Below, in pieces: positions 1-12,700 of a DNA stretch of 64,000 nt. Source of the stretch: Negaprion brevirostris (taxonomy: Eukaryota). Made by a program: the position numbers and the translations under genes. The first letter of the stretch is position 1, and every line of letters starts with the position of its first letter. The stretch spans positions 20,330,282 to 20,394,281 of the forward strand of contig JARDVH010000140.1 in assembly GCA_030324005.1 (NCBI GenBank), written 5' to 3'. The notes beneath the pieces were generated by a model that was not told the origin of the DNA, did no database searches, and saw only the letters and a program-made list of their open reading frames with translations.

Positions 1-669
1 GAGCCCCCATCGGTGGCGCCTGCGTAGTGCCTGTGATGTGTGTGGAAAGTTTGCGCCAACTTGGAGGCAGAAAAAAAATGTGAAGCGAGCGGCGGCCCGG
101 CCTCCCCCGAGTGTTTGTGTTTGCGCTGGCGGGCTTCGGGCAGCCCCGACAGCCGGCGGACCGAGCGCCTGGCGGCCGTGGACCGCGCCTCCGTCCAGCC
201 GCTGGATTGTCTGCTTCATGCTGGGAAAGCAAGTGGCTCGATGTGATGGTGGTCGCCCAGGGAAGGCTTCACGTCGGTTAGGCCGCGGCCGAGGCCTGGC
301 GTCGCTGCTGCTGCTGCTGGAGCTGGAGCCCGTCGACTGCAAGCGGGGTGGCTGCGGATTCTTGTGGATTTACCATTATTATTATTGCTGCCGGTTGCTG
401 TCGTCGTCGTCGTTATTATTATTATTGCTGCTGCTTCCCTTCACGTTGAAGCCGCCTGCCTTCGATCGATCGGCCCGGGGAGTGGAGGGGAGGTGGGGAA
501 GAAGCCGCAAGCGGGGTTCAGGGGGAATTCGAACCCACCCCTCATTTTCTTCTCCCCTGACGGATTCTTGTGGGTGACGACTCGGGGGGCTTCCTCCTCC
601 ATCACAGGGCTGCTTCACCTTAAAGAGAGGGGGGAAAAGACACATATATACACACAGCGGCTGTGTTGG

Positions 670-735
670 ATGTGGGATAAAATGGAGACCAAGACGATTG
701 TCTACGACTTGGATACCTCCGGAGGGCTGATGGAG
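670..735 (+). CDS. PHF12: PHF12 coding exon 1 ([22 protein letters not shown])
   Basis: ATG at 670, 22 codons, donor GTGAGA at 736; matches the PHF12 N-terminus. Confidence 0.95.
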
Positions 736-3700
736 GTGAGATTTCCCCCCCCCCTCTCCCTTTGCTCCTCGGCCCAAACCAAATCTGCAAACCCAGATTG
801 AAATTGAAAGCTGCAATAATAATCTTTCCCTCTATCTATCTCCCACCATCTCTCCTCCTATACAAATGGCCTCTTTCTTCTCATCCGTCCTTTTGTTATT
901 TCTGCCTGCAGGGGCTAGAGTGAGAGAGAGGGGATAAATAAACCTTGTGGTTTAATCGTTGATACAGCCGCTTTCTCCTGCCCCTTTCTTTCCCAAAAAA
1001 AACAAAAGGGGATGATGTTTGATATTTATTCCTCTCCCTCCCTGCCTTGCCTGCAGAAAATCCAAGCGTTGCTGGCCCCTCCGAAGAGCGAGGAGAGCGA
1101 CAAGAAGGCCAAGAAGCTGGAGAAGGAGCCTCGGCGGAGCGGCCGGGCCACCAACCACGACACCTGCGACAGCTGCAAGGAAGGGGGAGACCTGCTCTGC
1201 TGCGACCACTGCCCGGCCGCTTTCCACCTCCAGTGCTGGTCAGTCACTACTTGCAGCCCTCGGTCTTTCCTGCAGCCCCTCTTCCCAGAGAGGGGGGCGC
1301 CCGGCTCGGGATTGTATTACACTGGAGGGAGATAGACTTTGAGGGGGGGAGAGGGAGGGAATGAGGAGGAGGTTGTTTTGGGTCAGGCTTTAGTTTTGTC
1401 TTCATCCTTCCCTTTTTGGTATTTCCTTGTGATTTTCAAGATTTGCCTACAGAGTGTATGGAGCTGGCTGTTTTTTTTTGTACTGCAGTAGTTGCGATTA
1501 AACCACTCACCATGACCTGCTTCACATCACCCCCCAGCCCTATCCTCCCGTATCGCTGACTGGGGTCTGAGTGAGGCCCGAAGCTGAATCTGAACTTTAG
1601 AAAGGTTAAAAGAAGCTGTAAATGTTTAAGCATGTGGTGGCCACTGTTAATCAAGTGAGGTTCTGCTGTCATTTGATTCTGATCCTGGCTGTTCGGAGCC
1701 ATCTCTTCTCCCCCCAACCCCCTTTGACTTTGCAAACAGGGCCTCATGAAGGTAGGGTTAGGTATACGTATGGGTGGGTGGTGTTACTGACTAAACACTC
1801 GTCTGTGCTTCTCTTCACGGCCTCACTTGTCCTCTGAGATCGCTGCCTACTCACAGGCCCGGTCCCTGAACACCCATCTATGCAATGAGCCGGATGCCTT
1901 CCTTTCCTCCACTTTGTGTGTGTTTGCAAATACGCAACATGGCGACCTCCGTTTAAATTATATTTTCGATTCGCAGCGCCATTTTAGTTGACTTCTCGGT
2001 TCGGGAGGTTAGTGTTGTATTTGGACAGAGTTGGCAACGTTCTTGGCGATTTTGGGAAGAAGTGTAGGAGTTCTGAGGGCACTCCGGGACACTTTGGGGT
2101 TTATTGTTATGGCATTTTTAAGGCTTCCTTTTTTTAAAAAAATCTCTTTAAAAGTAGCCATGTTANNNNNNNNNNNNNNNNNNNNNNNNNNNNNNNNNNN
2201 NNNNNNNNNNNNNNNNNNNNNNNNNNNNNNNNNNNNNNNNNNNNNNNNNNNNNNNNNNNNNNNNNTGCTGTTTGTTTTATTAATCAATGAATTAGAGCAT
2301 TCCAGAGCCACTCTCTCACTCAGCTCCCCCCGGGGCAGCCACACAATGGCTCATTCCCTCTCTCCCAACAGAATTTGGACCAGCTCACTGCGAGGCAGCA
2401 GGGGGAGGAGGTCTGCGGAAAGACTCCATAATGCAATGAACTAAGCAATGCTTATGATGGTGGAATGGGAAATTGATACATTATTAATCATTAATGCAGG
2501 TGTACAATGAGTGGCGGGTGGAATGTGTCAGGTTGCCCTGTGTTTGTGAACAAAGTGTTTAGAGATCCCCCCTCTGGGTTATTGCTCCTTCCAGCCGGCG
2601 GCCTTCCCCTCCCCCCAAAGCCAGAGCAAACCAATATTATGGGTAGATTGCAAACAGGACTGGATTAAATAAAAACATACACGCGTGCAGGATTTTAAAT
2701 ATCAGCAAGGGGGAATCCGAAATATAAACATGTATCATCAAAAAATCTATTTAAAAGTAGCCATGTTATCCTTTAGAGTTAAGGTTATCACTTGGGCTCT
2801 TCAGGAAAGACATTCCATTCTTCCTGGCAACTCATTGTGGCACTAATAGAGATTTAAAACTTTTTTTACTTTTAATGTGTGTTACTTTGGTCAGTGTAAA
2901 TTAATTTATTAAAACCTAATGTTTTTGTTCAAAATATTTGTTTATATCAAGTAGAACAGCTAGTACTTTGCAAGATGCTCTAACACTTGAAGCTTTATGG
3001 TTGATGTTAGAAATATATCTTTTTTATAGTTAGTTTACTGTCCGAATAGTCCATTGAATTCCCCCTGCCCCCAATCAATAAACTCGTTTGGTTTGTTTCT
3101 AGAGCCTCCACAGTAGAAAAAGGTTTTAGTTAATGGCTTTATCTCAAATTAATTCCATGCTTGTCAACCATTAGTTCTCCTCTTGTCAAGTTTTATTTAA
3201 TTTCACATAATGGACTTGAACCATTTACCAGTATTGAATTTCAGAATTCTTGTGTTTTATTAAAACATGCTGGATTATTCATTACCTTCCAAGTGATGCC
3301 CTCAATTGTGTATGGCCCCTGTAAATTTCTAATATATTCTGTAATCCAGAGATTGGAATTTGGCATTTATTTTAAAGTAGACATTTAATTGGGCTAAGTA
3401 AATAGATTGGATTTTGGTGTAATGTTTCTATTAATTGTTTTTCTTTCCTATGTTTGCTCAGTACCTGAAGCTGTGCAGTTAAAAAAATAAAGATTTTCAT
3501 TTACTTAGTGCCTTTCATGACCTCAGGATGTGCTAAAAGGCTTAATGACCAACAGCTAGCGTAGGCATTGCAGCAGCCACTTTGTATGCAAACAACAATG
3601 GTAATGACCAGATAATGTTTGTGTGATGTTTATTGAACAATTAATATTGTCCAGGGCTTTGTGAATGCTATTCTTTGAAATAGTGCCACTGGATCTTTTA

Positions 3701-6700
3701 GGACCACCTGAGAGCTCAGGTAAAGCCTCAGTTTAACAGCGCACGTAAAAAGTAACACCTCAAACTGTACAGCACTTCCTCGGTGACCTAGATTTTTGTG
3801 CTCAAGACTCTGAACTGAGTCTTGAACTCACAGCATTTTTGACTCAGGCCGGAGTGCTGCCAAATAAGCCAAAGCTGAAAATACAGTATGTAATTAATGA
3901 CATAGAAAAATGAATTGGCATGCTTTACATTATGATTCTTTTGGCCAGTATACAAGTAGAGTGGCACCTTTTACAAGTTCAGTGGTAGTCCTGAATGTGG
4001 CTATATTGAACCTAATTTTTTGTGCAGTATTAAAGAGTAGGCTAAGCCTAAATTTTATCAACTTTCACACCACCCCCCCCAAAACAAAAACAAACAGTGA
4101 TCGTTAGTGATTTTACGATATTTGCTTTCATGCTTCCACTGTTGGTAGTTGCATTTACTAACCAGGGCAAGTGAATTTTGGACGTTAATAGCAAATTAGG
4201 ATCATGCAGGACAGGGGTATTTGATCAGTTATTGTTATAGGGTGAAAATTCAGTTCAGAAGAACTTCTGTCTTTTTGCCTTAAGGGGTGTGCCAAATCTT
4301 AGTTATCTCTTTTGTACTGATTATGTATTTGTCTGCAGCCATTTTAATGAATCGGTGAAGGATTGATTATTAGGTGCTTTTGATCAGTCATATTTCCTAA
4401 CCTGGTTCCGTTTTTTTTCATATGATTAGTTTTTGCAATGTATGACAGTTATTTTTGAAGTTTTAAATGTTAATTGGGTATGAAACCCCCGATAGTTTCT
4501 GAGTGCAGGAAGTTGCACAAAGCTTCTTGCCGCAGGGGATATGCTGCTATGTAAACAATATCAATTTTATGTTAAGACTCCAGATAACCCGCTCTTTATG
4601 GAATTTTGTTAACTGGTATCTCGACATATATTGGAAAAAAGTCCAGTGCAGTACTTTAGTGCCTCCATCTTATTATGCATTTTTACTATATATCATTAGA
4701 TTGGAGCTGAAAATATTCTTGTAGTGTGCAGACCTGCCGATGCCACAGCTGTTGCCAGTTGAATACTGTCCTAAGAAGTGGTGATGGACCTTGAAGTGCT
4801 GCGTGAGGGTTCCAAACAGTGTTGGCTGTAATTCACAATATCTTGCTAGATTTATTTAACGTTAATGTGCTCTTTGAGGGAGTTTTCCTAAGTAGGACTC
4901 TTCCAAGTTCGAGTATCAGGTCATATTCTATAACACTATGTCAAAACTTTTAAAAGCATTGCACAAGATTCTTGTTTAAAACGATGCAACTGATTAAACC
5001 CACAAAATTGGGCTGTACCACATGCCATTTATTCGGGGGTTTTTTCTGTCATTAGTTCTGAGGATGTGGTTTACTAGGTGTTTGACTCATCAGTTTTGTG
5101 TGATAACTGTACAGTACTTGTATTTTGTGCCAGCCCTCCTTGTATCAAAACCAAGTAGCGCAGATGGATGTCTGAAACAAAAACAGAAAATGCTGGGAAT
5201 ACTGAAGTCAGGCAGCATCTTTGGAGAGGAGAGTTAACAAGTTGGCCATTGACCATTCTGTATGCATTGCTTCAATATAGGGTGTGACTTAATTAAGCTT
5301 CAGTGGATCAAATGGCTATTCTTGCCCTTGGTTTTTTTTAAACCTTTTGTTTGTTTGAACCTATAGGCGGTGCTTGTATTTCTGCTAAAAAGAACAATGC
5401 AGTTGCAGTAGCAAATTAGGATGGAGTTGAGGTCACTAAACTTGTATTTCCCTCATCTTAAAGATGCAGTCTTAACTGTGAACAGACAACTAACAATTAA
5501 ATGAATTTTTTTGAATGGATTCTATCATTTCCATACTCTCTTTGCAGTATGAAAGCTTGCAGATTCAAGCAGGAAGATGTGATTTGATGTGCTAAATTTT
5601 GAAGGAAATGCACAATAGTTTTAAGTCAATGATTAAGTTAAGTTGGCATAACCTTTGCATGATCACACACGACTTTGGGTACTCAGGATGAATGAAATTC
5701 AAAACATCATCAAACAAAAGAAGCAGTTGTGCCATGACAAAAAATATTTTTGCACAGCAAATGGTTAGGTTCTGGACTGATGAAAGCAAATTGCTGTGGT
5801 TACTGGAGTCTGAAACGGACCGCAAATGCTGGAAAATCCCAGCAGATCAGACAGCATCTGTGGAGAGAGAATAGAGCCAACGTTGTAAGTCAGAAACCAG
5901 CTCTGATGAAGGGTCATCCTGAAACCTGCTGAGATTTTCCAGCAGGTTTCTTTTTACGTTCTGGAATTGCTTGCAAATGTGGTAGAGACAAATTCGATTA
6001 TGGCTTTGAAAAGAGAGTCGGATTGTTAACCAAAGAGAAAAATCTTCCAGGGCTGTGAAGAAAAGCTGCAATAGTGGCTTAAGGTGAATTGCTCATTCTG
6101 TAACTCGTGGAACTATAAATGTTTCAGTTCTTAAGTTCTGTCTGTTTAATGGAAGGTACTTATTAATAGCACAGCTTATGTACTCTCAATGATATGGAAC
6201 GAGCGTTGGATGGAGTGATTTAATGTTTGGAAAGTTTAGCATTCGATAGTCTTGGTCAGTGCTTTTTTTTTGTCTTTTTATGTTCCTGTGTAGTTGGAAA
6301 CTGGGGATTAATTTTGGTGCTCCTAAGAATTATGACATCCCTTAACTTCGTTACACCTAGTGTTTTACTAGTCGCAGAAGCTGATCTGTTCTTTAATTTC
6401 TACGTTTGGAATTTTTGAGTGGTACAAAATTATGGTACGAATAGAGGCAGAGGATCTCTGAAATTTGAATGAAAATTTCAACTGAGAAATTCTTCAGTTG
6501 AGAGGATCTCAGTTGAAATATTTGGGACGTATTTAGTGCAAATGATGTGCATGTCAATTTTTGTTTAATAGCACCTACTAATTAGCAAACTTCCCAATAA
6601 ACATTAATGCAGAGGGAGCAGTGATTTTTCTTTTAATTACCGCATTCTGTTTGCTCTGAGGATTGCAATAGTGTTTCTGCTTTCGCTAGCTAAATTAATT

Positions 6701-9700
6701 ACGTAGCCAGATGTTTAGGTCTTAGCCTCAAAAAATAAATGTTCCTTTAAATTTTAGTCACTTTCATTTTAAACCTCATCTTTGGAAACTGATACCTTTT
6801 GTGCAGAGTACTTATAAACGTTGAGATGGAAAGAAAGATTGGAGTTTGGACTGGAGGTAATCTTGTGGGCCTCTTGGCATAGAGCCTGAATGGCAATGAG
6901 CTTGGTAGTCGAAGTAGGCCCGCAGTCACCATAAGGAAGGCCCTGTGCTGAGATTCTCACCTAGTTGGATTATTCTCTAAAGAAAAATTAATTGTTACTC
7001 TACTAGCAAAATTTTAACTGCAATATGTCATGTTACACGGTCTGAAGACTACTTTTTTTAAGATGTTGTGTATTTCCAATATTTTCGAAAAGACTGATCA
7101 GCCATGACTCTCTTTCTTTAGATTAACCTATAACGAGATTCCATATGTACTGTTGCACCATTATATAAATGCCTTGTAGCTTATTCTGCATTATAGATTC
7201 CCTATTGTACTAATGATAAAGGCAAAATCCAGGAACAACATGGACAATGCTAACACAAATCTCAGGCATTATAAGACTCTGCATTTTCAGAATATAACTT
7301 ATATAGACACAAACGTGAATGTTTATTTGAAGACAGTTAACATTTAACCCTCAGTCTAGCTCATCATTTATTTCGGGCAACAGGTGACTATAATAGAAGA
7401 TGTGATTGGGGAAGATAGCGACAGTTAATTGTGTTGTTTCTGTCTGGTCCCATTGTCTGTTTTTCATTTACAAATGATACTCTAAACAGTTTCAGTCAAG
7501 TCTTTGAGCATTTAAAAAATATCCATGCAGTAAATGTTTTGTGAACCATTAGTAGTGGTTTTCAAGAATTGAATGCCATGCTGGTTAAGGCTTTTTAAAA
7601 GGTATTATTTGGCTATAATATTTAGTAGCTGAAGATATGTATTGGACCAAGCAGAATGAGATTTTACTAGATTTTTTTTGAAGCCAGTGGGGAAGTGTTG
7701 ATTGAGGAAAATACTGAAAGATAGTTCTGTTGTCATTGAGCTTAACAGTATGTTGCATTATTGAAAGTTAATTTGGTGATTATACACTATCTCCAACGTT
7801 TTTTTAACAAAGTGTTTGAAGTTTAGTTGGAGAGATTGATCCATAGTTTCTTTTGCCTTCCCTTTATCGTGGCATAGAGGCGCAGTGGTTAACTCTGCTG
7901 CCTTGCAAGACCAGGGACCTAGGTTCGATTCCGGTCTTGGCTGACTGTCTGGAGTTTGCATGCCTTCTCCATGTCTGCATGGGTTTCCTCGGGGTGCTGT
8001 GGTTTCCTCCCACAGTCCAAAGATGCATAGGTTAGGTGGATTAGCCATGGTAAATGCATGGGACCACGGGGATAGAGGGGATACTAATGTAGTAAATGTC
8101 ATTTTAGGAAAATGCAAGTTAATCTTTGGTCCTTTGATATTGTTATTTGTAGTATTGGATTTTAAGTAAACACTGTTGGTGTTAGTTAGGTGATGAACAA
8201 TCCTCTCATAGTTCATTTGAATGCTGACTTTATTTTGAAATTGGTGTTTTTTTAATGTGTCACTGCACTGCCATGTGTATTTAAATATTGCATCTCATGA
8301 CGCAAATTAAATAATTTTGTGACTTGTGATGCAGTAGGAGTAACTGCCACAGATCAGTATTTGTCAATTAAAGGCAGGCAGTTAGTGAAATGCTTGTTTT
8401 AAAGAAAGGTGTTTACTTTGACGGATTTATTTTGTCTTTGGCAAGTCTGTTGGATTGGTGAAACACATCAAGCTTGTTTGTTTTAAATTGTAATTGCGTG
8501 AATGTTAATAGAACAATAGAAAGACTGCAGCATAGAAATAGGCCATTCAGTCCATGCGCAGCTGAAAAGAAAACAAACCTAGCTGCCCATTCTCATTCCT
8601 GCACCCGCTCCGCTGCTTTGCAAGTTACAGCACTTTAGATGCTGATCAAGGTACTTTTTAAATAAGCAAAGGGTGTCTGCCTCCACTGGTAAATTCTATT
8701 GGTGGAATCCAAGCGTCCACCATTGTCTGGGTGCAGAAGATTTTCCTCCTGTCCCTTCTAATCCTTCTATTAGTCACTATAAATCTGTGCCCCAGGTAAT
8801 TTTCTCTCCTGATGAAAGAGGACATCCTTGTCTACTCTGTCTAGGCCCTCATAATCTTGTACCCTCAATCAGCTCATGCCTCAGTCTCCTGAGTTTCAAG
8901 GAGGACCACCTGTCCAATCTTTCCTCAAAGTTGCAGTTTTCGAGCGGTAGCAACGTTCTTGTAAATTTCCTCTGTTATCTTCTCCAGAGCAATTGTGTCC
9001 TTCCATTATGTGAAGACCAGAATTGTACACAAAATTCCAGCTGTGGCTTAAACAATGTTTTGTACAACCCTGTCGTTGCATTTTTTGTATTCTACATTCC
9101 ATAAGGGAAAGGATTCGGTATGTTTTCTTTTCCACCCTATCAACCTGGCCACTTTCGGAGACCTATTGACATGCATTCTGAGGTGTCTCATTTCCTCTAT
9201 CTCTCCCAATATCCTCTCAATTATTGTTTTCCCTAACTTTATTTGTTCTTTCCAAATGCATTCTCTTTCACTTCTCTGGGTTGAATTCAATTTGCCACTT
9301 TCCTGCCCACTCAACCAAACCATTGATATTCTCAATTAATAGTTTAAGCGGGTTTGACAAAATAATTTTTGTTTATGGTTAATGACCCTTAAGTAAGATT
9401 TTGAAGTAGCTCATAAAGATCAGATGGTCGCATTAGGTTCAGTTCTGATCAGCAGAAATCAAGCTCTCTGTTTAACTGCTTTTTTTTTTCTGCGCTGGTA
9501 GAATACCTACTACTTGGTTTGACCTGGATTAGCACTTAACTGTCCTTCCTCATTATTTTGTGTACTAATGGAGCAAATAGTTTTAGATTACCATGGTTTC
9601 AGATCTGAAGTTTGTGTAAACAGTAGCAGTGCTAGAATTGGCTTCATTTCCCACATCCTTTGACCTGGTCTAGAAATTTTTTTGAAACCAGTTTTTTTGC

Positions 9701-12700
9701 TGTCACTTTGCAATCCCCCTCCTTCACATTACAGCCTGCGCGCTAGTAACTCTTGTAGATTGTCTGACTGGAGATTAGAGTGTTAGGGGAGGGTCAGGCT
9801 TCAGACTGATTGGAAAACGAGAATGAGAATTTTACAATTAAGGTGGTGCTTAGTTGGGCATTAGTTTAGGTCAGCAAGAAAGGGGTGATGAGTGAACACA
9901 ATTTGGTGAGAGTTAGGACATGGGTAGCAGAGGATAAAATGTGGAAAGCTGCCTTGGGGTGTGTTTGTGCAGTCAAGTCTGAAGATAACTAAAGCATGAA
10001 TGAGTGTTTGTTGCAGAAGAGGTAATGGAGAGGGTTAGTTTAGCAATTTTAATATGTGGTTGAAAGTTCATCCTAGGGTTGAGTATGATATGGAAGTAGC
10101 AAACTATCTCATTCAGCCTCAGTTGTTGGAGGCCAACAGGGTGGAGTCAGTAGCAATGACAGTTTAGTTTGTGTGTGTGTGTGTGTGGGGCGGGGGGAAG
10201 AAGAAGAAGAATCAAAGACAAAGACTTCAGTCTTCCCAGTGTTTAATTGGATGAAATTTCTCATCCAGTACAGGATGTCAGGTAAGCAGACTGACAATTT
10301 AGAGACACTGGAATGGTCAGGAAGGGGGTTGATGAATTAAGGGTTGCATACCATCAGTGTATGTGTGGAAACGATTGTGTTTTTGAACTCTATTACCGAG
10401 GAACAGAATGTACGTGAGAAATAGCAGAGTCCCAAGATTGATCCTTGGAATGCCAGAGCTAAAGGTGTAGAGATGTGCAAGTGGGAAGAGAAGCCTGGTT
10501 TTATTTGGCTGAAAATCGAACCTGACGTTTTCAATCCCACCCAGCTGGATGATGGTGGAGTGTGGTTTGGAGAAGATCATGTCAAAGACTGCAGGCAGGC
10601 CAAGAAGGTTGAGTTGCTATAGTTGGCCTTTATCACATTTACATTGGATATAATTTGTGATCTAGATAAGAGCTATTTTGGTAATGTGGCAGGGTTAAAA
10701 ACATGATTGGAGGGATTAAACATTCAAGGAAAGAAGAGTAAGGATTTGAGAGCGGACAACTTATACTGGGACTTTGGAGAGGAAAGGGAGGTTGGAGATG
10801 AGCTGGTAGTTTTAAAGGGTGGCAGGGTTTGAGAGGGAGGGAGAACAGTTAGCAATGTTAGCTATATGTGGGATCTAGGAAAACAAGTTGGGTTTTCAGT
10901 AGTTCAGTCAGATTAAAGTTTTGAGAGCAGCAGTTGGGTCTCAAGAAGATGAACTAGGACAGAACCTCAAGCAAGGTACAAGTTTTGGGAAGGGGATGGA
11001 CAGCTTGAGAGGAATTTGGGCCAGGTGGGCTGGGGAAAGAGAGAAAAATGGCAGAGGCAGCTGATTGGATGGATTCAATTTTAGTGACAAAAATTCATGA
11101 AACTTGTGCATTTACCTGAGGTAGACATCAGAAGAGACTGGGAAATGGATTTAATAAGGTGGCCTACAGTAAATAAGGAGTTACGTTTGCATTCCAGGGT
11201 GCAAAGAAACCAGATACCACATTGAAATAATTGTGGTGGAATACATTTCTTTTAGAAGGTAAATATTATTTATGAAGTTGATGCTCATTATAATGACCAG
11301 TATATTACGGCTTTCTTAATGTTTTCATTACCTTCAAACAGATTACAGTCCTCATAGAAGTAAGTTTTCTTAAGGAGAATGTATTTGTTTTGCTAAATTA
11401 ATGTGGCAAAATAACACATTTGGTTGAGAGTCATTCTGGCGGCAGAGTACAACAAAGCCAATCTAAACTGAGTACAAATCGTGTGAAAAAAGAAAAGGGC
11501 CATTAAAATAAACAAAGTAAGTTTCCTTTTTTCACCTCAAAAGATTAAATGTTCTGACCCCGTGGTTTTGACGTCAGAAAGACCGCCTACTTCCTTTTCC
11601 AGAACGTCACTCGTCTCCAACACTTCCTGAGCCCATCTGCTGCCAAAACCCTGATCAGTGCCTGTGACAGTTCCAGGATGGACTGACTATCCGTTCTCCT
11701 GGCCAGCCTCACCTTCCACACTGCATAAACTATTTAATATCCAAATTCACCATTGAAATGAACATTTTACAAAAATTTCACATGCCCACCATTACTCTAG
11801 ACTGTAATCCAAAGGTCATCCAAAACTCTCCAGATTGTTTTGCCTCTAAATGATTCAGTGTTCTTCAATCTTCAGTTCAAAAGTTAAATGATTTGGAAAA
11901 GTTTGCTGATTATTATCAGTTTCTGTCTTAACTGGTCATTTTCCATCCCAAGTTGTTATTGAGCTCCGCTGCAAGGTAGCAAAAACTCTGAGCGTATCTT
12001 CTTGCTTGATGTCAGTAGCCTCCTGGTTAGGTTTGTTTATATTCAGGTTGATCCAGAGTAAAACAGCTGAAAATGGCAATAAATTAATCAGTAGGTTCCC
12101 GTGTATAGAAGCAGTAAGATCCTTTGTGCCAGTTTCTCTCTTTCGAAGGCAATGCTGTGTGAACATGTCTGTGATCTAGATCTTGCCACCTAACAGTCCT
12201 TCATTAATGGAAGTCCTCTGTGATTTGATGGCTTTAGAATTTTTTTAGTATCATAAATTGCACATTGCACTTGGAAGCAGCAATTGCCAAATCTGAGTTT
12301 CTTCCACCACACTCCCTACGCAACTATTAAATCAATCGAGTTGTTGTATACAAAAATGGATGTCAGATTGATAACTCTGTGTGCTGTCTTGTAACTATTT
12401 ACTCAGGTGAATTTGCCTGCTGCAGCAAAGCCTGTTTGATGCTTTAGGTGTTCTGGCTTTGTGGTTAATTTTGTCCAGTGATGTTGTCTGCATTGCTTAG
12501 AGACCAGGAACAACTTCAGAGAAAGTATTTTTCTGTGTGTAGTCTTTTGGAAAACTGGGCATACAGTTTGTCCATCCTCTTGGTTAGTGTATCATGCAAG
12601 GGAATTTGGAAGAGGAGAGAAGTGGAATTGCTTTTTTTAAGCAGGCAGTTGAGTGTGGCCTTCTGAAATTTTCGTTTTTGACGTTATTCGGTGTTCATTT

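Larger units (their letters stand above)
1..1330 (+). promoter_or_regulatory. CpG-island-like promoter/5'UTR region of PHF12
   Basis: High GC and CpG density over 1-600 and exon 2, against AT-rich, CpG-poor introns. E2F-like TTTGCGCCAA near 50-59; short CTG, ATT and GTC trinucleotide runs at 301-435. The TSS cannot be placed. Confidence 0.75.

Noticed and set aside
38-816. Long ORFs in the 5' GC-rich region (38..577, 364..801, 382..816)
   Set aside because: They are low-complexity products of GC content and trinucleotide runs; only 670-735 matches PHF12.
6475-6519. 13-bp perfect inverted repeat ATTTCAACTGAGA/TCTCAGTTGAAAT
   Set aside because: Short, with an internal partial duplication; it looks like a local template-switch product with no supporting context.
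6747-6960. Two short minus-strand ORFs
   Set aside because: No recognisable domain or splice context.
7868-7945. tRNA gene
   Set aside because: The A and B boxes continue straight into a V-SINE body and there is no complete cloverleaf. The same applies to the other SINE heads.
11569-11576. Perfect CRE TGACGTCA
   Set aside because: A single 8-mer next to an L2 relic; about one is expected by chance in 64 kb.
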